From an uncultured Chryseobacterium sp. (GTDB lineage Bacteria; Bacteroidota; Bacteroidia; Palsa-965), in assembly GCA_964447465.1 (NCBI GenBank), contig CAYUTR010000002.1, forward strand, positions 1 to 53,455: a stretch of 53,455 bases of DNA, in the 5' to 3' direction. The position numbers and the translations under genes are program-made. Of this stretch, positions 47,301 through 53,455 are shown one piece after another. The notes below the pieces were generated by a model, which was not told the DNA's origin, searched no databases, and was given only the letters and a program-made list of their open reading frames with translations. Position 1 is the stretch's first letter. Each line of letters opens with the position of its first letter.

Positions 47301-47787
47301 TAGCGGTGAATTTCATTCGTCCGTTGTTATGCGCGAAACTTCCGCTGCTATAAGTCCAATTGGAATTTGTTGTAAACGTACCGCTGGTGCTCGTAAATGC
47401 GCAACCTGAAATTGTGACGGCACTGGTACATGTAATTGCAGCAGAGCCTCCAGCAAAAGTTCCTCCGCTAAATACAGCGCCACCAGTCCCGATTGTTATT
47501 GAGAAAAGGCCGTGGGTGATGGTGCCCGTGTATCCACTACCAACATTCAATCGTTTCACATTTACTGCAGCATCCAGTACGCAAGCACCTGTTCCGTTAC
47601 CATCGAAATATGCAGTATCGGTTGATCCGGGAACAGAAGCACCCGAGCCTCCACCGCTTGTTCCAGACCAACTCAATGTGGTATTCCACGTTCCGGTTAC
47701 ATTCATAATGTAATAACGCTTACCGGCGTTCGCATCTGCCGAAAAGAACAATAGAGCGATCTGTGAAAGAAATAATAGCTTCTTCAT
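44377..47787 (-). CDS. Secreted repeat protein (1136 aa), 5-6 copies of a ~115-aa Gly/Thr-rich beta-helix-like unit
   Basis: Signal 'MKKLLFLSQIALLFFSADANA'. The recurring unit is 'KTI(T/S)GSH.L..V.F...FTI..G.TLT...INTGTI.AQGNI.L.N...GGGSA..VINGTGSQT.TG...G...LPNV.INK.(S/T)GTL.L....V.GNWTYTAG.VS'. The C-terminal ~90 aa ('GFYILEVINDKNEKWYLRFEQ') is vaguely T9SS-CTD-like. Confidence 0.7.
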   Translation of the reverse strand: MKKLLFLSQIALLFFSADANAGKRYYIMNVTGTWNTTLSWSGTSGGGSGASVPGSTDTAYFDGNGTGACVLDAAVNVKRLNVGSGYTGTITHGLFSITIGTGGAVFSGGTFAGGSAAITCTSAVTISGCAFTSTSGTFTTNSNWTYSSGSFAHNNGRMKFTATNTVTGSVTFYKLEFAPASTSTYTIAGGTTLTVSDTLLISGTVASTLNTGSISANGDVVITNNFSGGGGTATVTLNGTGSQALTGGTLGATGRLPNMVINKSSGTLSLSNTISVLGNWTYTAGTVSAGTSRIHFAGTKTITGSHTLYSVRFGAAGVYTIAGGTTLTTTGTIEYVNNVLGNITINTGTIHAQGNIDLKNPVTGGGGSASIVINGTGSQTVTGNATAGNSALPNVTINKSSGTLTLDSTITVAGNWTYTAGNLSTSTGTVCFWNTKTISGSHSLANVGFNNSANATFTISSGNTLTITGLLSIDGSNLVAINTGTIYAQGNITLSNTFNGNSAGGSASMVINGSGSQTLTGNASRGNSRLPNVVINKTTGTLYLIDYVNIQGNFTYTAGTVDPGSSTLHFSGSKTISGSLTLFTISFGASTGLSSVFTISPSTILTAGGNFETAGVGNIIIDSGQIYVHQHIVITNTGTGGGGDATITLNGASAQTITGSGTAGTGGLPNVTIDKSTDTLTLASVTTIMGNWIYTQGTVSPGTSTVAFYGTKNLDGQQSGSTNCMPFYNITINGNTRTLTGHVDANNNFTIASGATCSAGSNKIYVGGDWNSVGTWTYSTSTVVFDGIGHNKIKGTGTVNFFNVTVNRSYSAGSPTSVNLQNPMQVNSVMILTKGRVITDATNYLAFPDGAVCTLFNDDSAYVCGPIRKTGNDPFKFHLGDTTLHDSIAYHPLDMSAPSNTSDRFQAIYTATAQSQGATIVDSLTDLSTCEHWSLERQVGSSNVQVGLSWNKNSCNTGVYGDLRVANWNGTQWSDLGASSILIAGYRGDISSVTNVTFVSSFAYLTTAVSVNYFPTAILKKKLDGGYYKAINGRLFFRFDEEYAESGDLLFNIYDDEHTLVSSNSMLPATLQLQVVYGDNRYHLNTVGCDITPSGALADGFYILEVINDKNEKWYLRFEQDSNIILSNCPPPAEEE

Positions 47788-47807
47788 ATTGATGAATTAT
47801 AATGCTG

Positions 47808-48551
47808 TTAATTCGAAGGAGTGAAGGTGTAACGATATCCTTGCGCAGGAATGAAATTCAGAAATGGTGTTTCGGGATTACTTTCATTCACTTCTGCAGT
47901 TTGTGGAGCAGATGGATTTCCCGACACAAACAATCCGCGATCCTCTGTATTCATATTCATATTGAGAATTCCAATACGATAATTTTGTGTAGAGTCCAAT
48001 TGGACCACCACGGTTGTGTCTTCCATCTCTGTTAATTCATTGAACACTATGTTCTCAAATGAATTTGTCCGCAACGACCCTGGACCTACCCGTACTTCCA
48101 CATTCCCGTTTTCTTTCAACCACACCTGCCACGACTGCACTTCTTCGCCCGTCGCATTCGGACTGCAATTCAAATACTGAATTTTCAGAATATGATTTCC
48201 GGCAGTCCCCGACAGCTCATAACCTAAAACGGAATGATTGCCTGTGGTGGCAACATGATCACCCACTCCGGAAAAAGCAGTTAACGCATAGTTGCGATCA
48301 TTATCAAAAACGAGATAACCGTTAGTTTCAACTGTGAGCGAGTCGAAATTTCTTCCGAGATAATTAAAAGTGAATCCAAGTGGTATTTTGTAGGAGAAGT
48401 TCCATGCAGTGTTATTACTATTAAGTATAGTCTGAGAATTCAGCTCATTCCACGATACTGAATCCGTACTTACCGAGTAGTTGAAATTCTGTCCTGCCGA
48501 AATACCGTAACCGGCCAGAACAAAAGCGATGATGAAAAGGATTCTATGCAT
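47808..48551 (-). CDS. Secreted protein, 247 aa, unknown function
   Basis: Signal peptide 'MHRILFIIAFVLAGYGISAGQ' and a beta-rich composition ('IPLGFTFNYLGRNFDSLTVETNGYLVF'). Confidence 0.55.
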   Translation of the reverse strand: MHRILFIIAFVLAGYGISAGQNFNYSVSTDSVSWNELNSQTILNSNNTAWNFSYKIPLGFTFNYLGRNFDSLTVETNGYLVFDNDRNYALTAFSGVGDHVATTGNHSVLGYELSGTAGNHILKIQYLNCSPNATGEEVQSWQVWLKENGNVEVRVGPGSLRTNSFENIVFNELTEMEDTTVVVQLDSTQNYRIGILNMNMNTEDRGLFVSGNPSAPQTAEVNESNPETPFLNFIPAQGYRYTFTPSN

Positions 48552-48685
48552 GTTGAAGTTATTTAGCGATTCAATATTTCAATTGTCATCCTGAGCATTT
48601 CGACTTCGCTCATTATAAACTCCGTCGAAGGGTGATTTGAAATACGACTGCAAGTAACAACAATCAAATGCGGAAGTAAATAGAT

Positions 48686-48719
48686 AACCAACAAGCGTAT
48701 GTCAAAACCAACAAGCGTA
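48686..48719. promoter_or_regulatory. Two perfect direct copies of the 14-mer 'aaccaacaagcgta' (20-nt period)
   Basis: Copies at 48686-48699 and 48706-48719, in the gap between the gspF-like stop (48740) and the 247-aa gene start (48551). The same 14-mer recurs at 52782 (1 mismatch) and 52858 (inverted, perfect). Confidence 0.6.
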
Positions 48720-48739
48720 GTTAAAAGCGGAATTTTTAG

Positions 48740-49873
48740 TTAACCAAAGGCCGTTCCCAACTTAAACATTGGAAGATACATCGCGACAAGAATAATCGCG
48801 ACCATCACTCCGAGGAACAGAATCATTACGGGCTCAATAATACTTCCGAGAAGAGATGTCTCGTGATCGATTTCATCGGAGAGTTGTTGCGATAGTTTTG
48901 CGAACATTACATCCACCTGATTGACTTCTTCTGCGACACGAATCAGCGATATCATGCGCTTCGGGTAAATACTGAACTTTCCGAGGCTTTCATGCAGCGA
49001 AACACCTGCAAGAATATCCTTTCGTACTGAAGACAATGATTGTTCAATCGGATAAAACCCGACCATCTTCTGTACAAGTTCCAACGCGTCGATAAGATTT
49101 GTTTTGGACATCAGCAAGAGCTGCATGGAATGCGCAAAACGTTCGACATATACTTTTCGCGTTATTTTTCCGATGAATGGAATACGCAGGATGAACCAGG
49201 AAGATATCCTCCGGTACGCTTCCGTTTTTCGTTGCGCCCATAAAGTGAAAATCACCACTGCGACAAAAAGAAGAAACCAAGGACCGTAATTCCCCAAAAT
49301 GTGTGATGCAGCGATAATCCCTTTCGTAAGTGCAGGAAGTTCCGCTCCGAACCGCGATAGCATGTCGGCGAACATGGGAACCACAAAACGAAGCATGAAA
49401 ACAACAGCCAGGACTGCAACAGTAAGAACAATGATTGGATACGAAAGCGCACTGGTGACTTTTCGTTTTTGTTTGATCTTCTTACTATAGTACGTCGCCA
49501 GATCCTGAAGGATCACATTCATGCGTCCGGACTCTTCTCCGATCCTCAAACTGTAAAATTCATACGGCGAGAATTTATCCGTACTTCTGATAGCATCCGG
49601 CAATGTTGCACCTGATACGATTTGCTCAAGAATGGTTGAATAGAGGACTTTGTCTTCCTTTTTTTCTGCTTCAGCCGAAAGCAATTCGAAAGCTGTCCGG
49701 ATATCTACACCAGCTGTTAATAGAGTATGAAGTTCACTGTAGAACCGTTCCTTCCTTCGATCGTTAAGACCAGTTCCGAATAGGTTGATCTCGCGGGACA
49801 AAATGGATTTCTTCCCGGCCGAAGGTTTTGAACCTGAATCCGTACGATTCGATATTTCTGAAATGTCAATCAT
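48740..49873 (-). CDS. Type II secretion / type IV pilus platform protein (GspF/PilC family)
   Basis: Two T2SSF-like halves ('FYSELHTLLTAGVDIRTAFELL' and 'FAHSMQLLLMSKTNLIDALELV') with three hydrophobic TM segments. The 377-aa size is typical. Confidence 0.8.
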   Translation of the reverse strand: MIDISEISNRTDSGSKPSAGKKSILSREINLFGTGLNDRRKERFYSELHTLLTAGVDIRTAFELLSAEAEKKEDKVLYSTILEQIVSGATLPDAIRSTDKFSPYEFYSLRIGEESGRMNVILQDLATYYSKKIKQKRKVTSALSYPIIVLTVAVLAVVFMLRFVVPMFADMLSRFGAELPALTKGIIAASHILGNYGPWFLLFVAVVIFTLWAQRKTEAYRRISSWFILRIPFIGKITRKVYVERFAHSMQLLLMSKTNLIDALELVQKMVGFYPIEQSLSSVRKDILAGVSLHESLGKFSIYPKRMISLIRVAEEVNQVDVMFAKLSQQLSDEIDHETSLLGSIIEPVMILFLGVMVAIILVAMYLPMFKLGTAFG

Positions 49874-50366
49874 CGATCTTCATCAGATCAACTGAACTTA
49901 ATTTTCGATTCAAAACCAACTCTTGCTTATTTCCATTTATCAGAATTGTACATTTCATATCACAAATACTCACATCTTCGATATTATCCGAATCATATTC
50001 GCTTCCGGATTTGACATCAGATATCTGAGCATGAAAAGTATCTGTTCTCCCTGCGCCTTCTCTCAGCACAAACTCGCTGAGGAAATTATACTTTACGTCA
50101 TGCTCTCGATCTCCAAAGGACATTGAAAAACCTTTTTCGGTCCAGACAACAATCTGTGCATTTTGAAAATCCGTGGAGAAGCATCGTTTAAAAAAAGATA
50201 TTTCTTCAACTTGTGTTACTGAGGAAAGCGAAGATTGTGCGAGATTACTAACAACCCGAAATGTCGTCCACACAGCCGAGATTACAATTCCGCTTACGAT
50301 CATTCCGACCAACAATTCAGTCAAAGTAAACGCATGGTACTTTTTATCGGATGAAAATAAACTCAT
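49866..50366 (-). CDS. Pseudopilin / prepilin-type N-terminal methylation-motif protein
   Basis: 'HAFTLTELLVGMIVSGIVISAVW' is the classic (G/A)FTL.E + hydrophobic helix. It overlaps gspF-like by 8 nt. Confidence 0.75.
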   Translation of the reverse strand: MSLFSSDKKYHAFTLTELLVGMIVSGIVISAVWTTFRVVSNLAQSSLSSVTQVEEISFFKRCFSTDFQNAQIVVWTEKGFSMSFGDREHDVKYNFLSEFVLREGAGRTDTFHAQISDVKSGSEYDSDNIEDVSICDMKCTILINGNKQELVLNRKLSSVDLMKIDD

Positions 50367-50688
50367 AATACTCAGATATTACTTTTCCCTTAGGAGTAAT
50401 TGCTCGCAAGTTCAACGTAGCAAGATGTCTATTTTGTTCACTGGAATTAACTCTTCGTTCAATAAAAAATCCGTCAGCCTGAATGTCTTCATCAAATAAC
50501 ATTCCTTCAGTTTTGCACCTGACGGCTTCTGTTTTTAATGCAATTTCCGCCCGGATCACAAGATAATTTCGTTGATTATCTGTCATTGAATTGAAAACTG
50601 ATAGTGAAATAGAAAAACACGTCATGATAATAATCATGGCGAACATTGACTCCAGCAAAACATATCCCTTCAGTTTCAGTTGAGCCAT
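50344..50688 (-). CDS. Minor pseudopilin-like protein (114 aa)
   Basis: 'LKGYVLLESMFAMIIIMTCF' is a G|x..LE-type prepilin N-terminus variant. It overlaps both neighbouring genes. Confidence 0.55.
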   Translation of the reverse strand: MAQLKLKGYVLLESMFAMIIIMTCFSISLSVFNSMTDNQRNYLVIRAEIALKTEAVRCKTEGMLFDEDIQADGFFIERRVNSSEQNRHLATLNLRAITPKGKVISEYYEFIFIR

Positions 50689-51941
50689 TGAATAACATGA
50701 GCTGTTTCAGATTTGTTGAATAAAATGGATCCGAGCCAAAACTCAGAGCGCTGACTACAATCAATAATTGCATCCATCAGATGATTTTCATAAACAGCCG
50801 AGTTTGTTCGCAGCGTTATCTTTTGACAACACAAGGAACCAAGAACGCTTCCTTTTAAGTCAACGCTGCCATAACAATTTATCGCACCTTCAATGACAGA
50901 CTCTGTCTCAAGAAGAATATTTCTTTCATGGTTAATATCATTCGTTTGACAGTCCAGAAACAATTCACCACACACCTTTGAACTATTCCCAATAACGATC
51001 GCCACTTTTTCTATAGCGCCACTCAAGGGAATAATTCCCAGGACCGTTGGATATCCGAGATCAACATCATTTCCAACTATTATTGAGTCGCGTGCGAATG
51101 CCTGGAAAGATCCGCGAACAGATTTTTGAATTTCAATTCTTGGAGCGATCAGAATAATATTTTCGAGCAATGCTTCTTTCGAAACAATTATTGACACGAT
51201 GGAGCGTAATACAATTTGACCGGTGAACTGCTGACTTGTTAAGTGAATCGGTAAATCAGATGTGATGATCAACCTCTTTCCGGAAAATGATTGTTCGATT
51301 ATCTCCTCGCTGGAAATTTCATTCCACGAAACGATCGAATCGAATTCACTTGCAGAAGTGGTAAACAACGCCGTTACTCCCTTCATGCGTTCCGTATCAT
51401 ACGACGGCATAAATCTTGAAGAAGGTTCGATTGTACCGCGAACCAGCTCACGTCCGGAGTAACTCTTTCCTTCTATGTACGAACGTTCAACACCCGCTTT
51501 AGGCAAAAAACATTTGCCATTTAGCTGCGTCGAACCCGTTATGGATAATGGTCGATCCATGTCAGCAAGCCATAAAGCGAATGCATCTTCCTTTTCCTGA
51601 ATGTTTCCAGTCATTGCAATCGTTTTCCACGTGATGTTTCCGGTATGGGCGGTCGAAACACAAATGTCATAGGCTCCCCACGGTTTTCTCTGCACCAGAA
51701 CAGAATCTTTACCACGACCAAAAAGATCAATGTCCACATCGTCCTCAACATTCATGGCATCTACTGTGCAGCAGTAAATCACACCTGATTCGGCATTCCG
51801 CACAACCTCTTCATGAATACTATTGGTACGCAGAATACATCTATGGTAAAACTGAGCAAGCACTACGCTCCCGGTCAACATTCCAATGATAATGCTGATC
51901 GCAAGTGCATAGAAGAGAGAACCGCCGTTGAGTTTATTCAT
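50676..51941 (-). CDS. Large pseudopilin-like protein (GspK-like position; no Glu5)
   Basis: 'MNKLNGGSLFYALAISIIIGMLTGSVVLA' is an N-terminal hydrophobic helix after GG, followed by a 390-aa globular part. It overlaps the flanking genes. Confidence 0.45.
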   Translation of the reverse strand: MNKLNGGSLFYALAISIIIGMLTGSVVLAQFYHRCILRTNSIHEEVVRNAESGVIYCCTVDAMNVEDDVDIDLFGRGKDSVLVQRKPWGAYDICVSTAHTGNITWKTIAMTGNIQEKEDAFALWLADMDRPLSITGSTQLNGKCFLPKAGVERSYIEGKSYSGRELVRGTIEPSSRFMPSYDTERMKGVTALFTTSASEFDSIVSWNEISSEEIIEQSFSGKRLIITSDLPIHLTSQQFTGQIVLRSIVSIIVSKEALLENIILIAPRIEIQKSVRGSFQAFARDSIIVGNDVDLGYPTVLGIIPLSGAIEKVAIVIGNSSKVCGELFLDCQTNDINHERNILLETESVIEGAINCYGSVDLKGSVLGSLCCQKITLRTNSAVYENHLMDAIIDCSQRSEFWLGSILFNKSETAHVIQWLN

Positions 51942-52713
51942 GGTCGCTCTGCTCCTCTAACTTTTTGTCTTTTCGTTTGAAGATTTCACCGATTCGAATC
52001 TTCATTGGACGCTTCATTGTTTGTTTGTTTTCCTCAGGCTCAGATTTTGACTTTTTTATTTTTCTGCGTGTACTCACTTTCACGGAGTCTGCGGAGTTAG
52101 TTGCAGATGTATCTGTTTTGACAGCCTTCCTTTTCCGTCGTTTGTTGGCATCTTCAATTGAATCGTTTTTTATTTTGGGTACAATGGCAACGCCATTTTT
52201 GTATCGAATTACGCTATCAGAACTATCTTGGCTAAAAATTGTAGTTTTCCCGGTACGCTTGCCATTCCTATAATATATTCGCATCGTCCGTTGACCCGAG
52301 GAATCATACAGTTCTCTTGATCCATCAGCCACTCCCATTGAGTAGTGAGTTCGTTCGCTGACCTTACCGTTTAAATTCCATGTAGTCCATATGCCTTGTT
52401 TCAATCCACGATCAAACACTCCCTGACACTTTAAATTATGATTTTTATAATAGGATGTATAACTGCCATGTAGCAACCTGCCGCTGAATCCTCCGTCTGA
52501 AGAAAGTATCGAATTCATGTTATACCAGTAATACGAATGTCCCATCTTCGCCTTGCACTTCACTTCACTCGTAATAGCGTGAGCATGTACACTTGAATCC
52601 GGACTATTAATATAAACGGGCGAGGTAGCGATCCGGGCACTGCAATTATTAATATTTAGAAATGTGATCATACTGCACAACAATAAGCACTTTAATTTCG
52701 TTTTCATGATCAA
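51934..52713 (-). CDS. Secreted MORN-repeat-variant (YwqK-like) protein with a Lys-rich C-terminal tail
   Basis: Signal 'MKTKLKCLLLCSMITFLNINNCSA'. The repeats 'GLKQGIWTTWNLNGKVSERTHYSMGVADGSRELYDSSGQRTMRIYYRNGKRTGK' resemble MORN variant repeats. Confidence 0.55.
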   Translation of the reverse strand: MIMKTKLKCLLLCSMITFLNINNCSARIATSPVYINSPDSSVHAHAITSEVKCKAKMGHSYYWYNMNSILSSDGGFSGRLLHGSYTSYYKNHNLKCQGVFDRGLKQGIWTTWNLNGKVSERTHYSMGVADGSRELYDSSGQRTMRIYYRNGKRTGKTTIFSQDSSDSVIRYKNGVAIVPKIKNDSIEDANKRRKRKAVKTDTSATNSADSVKVSTRRKIKKSKSEPEENKQTMKRPMKIRIGEIFKRKDKKLEEQSDHE

Positions 52714-52781
52714 TTAATTTTTGGGTCACATTGGAATAGTCGTGATCAAATATATTGCGTCAGAATAATTTTACACCATCA

Positions 52782-52871
52782 AACCAACCAGCGTAGCATT
52801 CATAAAATCCTGTGCATTGCAATCAACCTTAAATCATCCACTTATGCATAAAACGATTACGCTTGTTGGTT
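52782..52871. promoter_or_regulatory. Two further copies of the 14-mer (52782-52795 'aaccaaccagcgta'; 52858-52871 inverted perfect copy) in the divergent promoter region
   Basis: Located between the MORN-like gene start (52713, -) and the LytTR gene start (53172, +). Confidence 0.55.
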
Positions 52872-53171
52872 TGCTCTTGACTTTACTATCAACATAGACA
52901 TACTTTAGCACCGAATGTCTTTTGAATGGATCGCTGAAAGTCATTATGCTCTTAGTAGCAAAATGGGACTACGACAAGTGACTTAATTCATTCACTGGGA
53001 CAGGGAGGAATCAACATCCCGTATGATGTTATGCTCACAACCCGATTTCAGGAACAATTCCTGATCAATCCGGATGGAGAGATTGTCTTTAATAAAGTGG
53101 CTTAAAAAAATACTTAAGTCATTGGTGGAATACTATGTCCTAATCTGAAATAAACACAAAAACAAAACCGC

Positions 53172-53455
53172 ATGACCCCAATAGCGAATACTCCCAACCC
53201 TGAAGGCTTCTTCATCTTTAATGGAAAAACAATCAGCTATAATCTGGCCTTCAATTCCATCCTTCGGTTAGAAGCTACAAGGTTTTATACAGTTATTCAC
53301 CTAAAAGAAAAACCTTTCGTGGTGTGTTCTAAAAACATTGGTGCAATAGAAGAGATATTTCGCAAAGCGGGTTTCTTTCGGATTCATCGGTCGCACATGG
53401 TAAATATGAATGAGGTAGTGACATTTGAAAAAAGACAGGTTCTGCTAAGTGATGA
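53172..53455 (+). CDS. Stand-alone LytTR DNA-binding domain protein (3' end truncated by window)
   Basis: My own translation from ATG 53172 is 'MTPIANTPNPEGFFIFNGKTISYN...FYTVIHLKEKPFVVCSKNIGAIEEIFRKAGFFRIHRSHMVNMNEV...'. 'FFRIHRSHMVN' is the LytTR hallmark. No receiver domain precedes it. This ORF is absent from the supplied track because no stop codon falls within the window. Confidence 0.75.
   Translation, partial: MTPIANTPNPEGFFIFNGKTISYNLAFNSILRLEATRFYTVIHLKEKPFVVCSKNIGAIEEIFRKAGFFRIHRSHMVNMNEVVTFEKRQVLLSD

Noticed and set aside
28557-47787. T6SS- or T9SS-dependent delivery of the Rhs and TcB-like proteins
   Set aside because: The window contains no Hcp, VgrG, PAAR or TssB/C-like genes. 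The Rhs and 2117-aa proteins end without a recognisable T9SS C-terminal domain. Only the 1136-aa repeat protein has a vague CTD-like tail, which is too weak to assert.

Overview
The window looks like a Bacteroidota-type chromosome segment. That assignment is inferred from GxxExxY and OmpH/Skp-like genes, lipoprotein signal peptides, integrase families and intergenic repeat style. It has three parts.

(1) 1-5.7 kb, housekeeping and mutagenesis. A GxxExxY gene is bracketed by perfect 55-nt direct repeats. It is followed by a dinB-like Y-family polymerase and a DnaE2-like polymerase, separated by a tandem-repeat array.

(2) ~5.8-27.6 kb, accessory region.
- An orphan Rhs C-terminal toxin tip with a TPR lipoprotein.
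- Two overlapping tyrosine recombinases.
- A replication module: an SF3-like P-loop protein and a Dam methylase fused to a DnaG-like domain.
- A tightly packed four-gene operon: degenerate DAC/DisA_N-like protein, DUF4365-like + dynamin-like GTPase, polytopic membrane protein, and membrane-anchored KAP P-loop NTPase. I consider this a candidate undescribed defence system. An HNH-motif gene sits upstream.
- A graspetide (microviridin-type ATP-grasp RiPP) cluster with two paralogous 69-aa precursors.
- Three small proteins sharing a 'GGITAxTVN' motif.
- A ~400-nt non-coding iteron-like repeat field.

(3) 27.7-52.7 kb, a ~25 kb minus-strand supercluster. In transcription order it encodes a MORN/YwqK-like protein, three pseudopilin-like proteins and a GspF/PilC-like platform protein. 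These are followed by a secreted 247-aa protein, a 1136-aa repeat/beta-helix-like protein, OmpH/Skp-like and lipoprotein genes, and a 2117-aa SpvB/TcB-N-terminal-like giant. Last come a LolA-like protein, a 2471-aa Rhs/YD-repeat toxin and a TPR lipoprotein (putative immunity).

A perfect 14-mer occurs four times (one copy with a mismatch) in the two promoter-like gaps of this supercluster. A stand-alone LytTR regulator gene, truncated by the window end, lies next to it.

No rRNA, complete tRNA or CRISPR array is supported. All functional calls rest on motifs read by eye from the translations. No database search was run.
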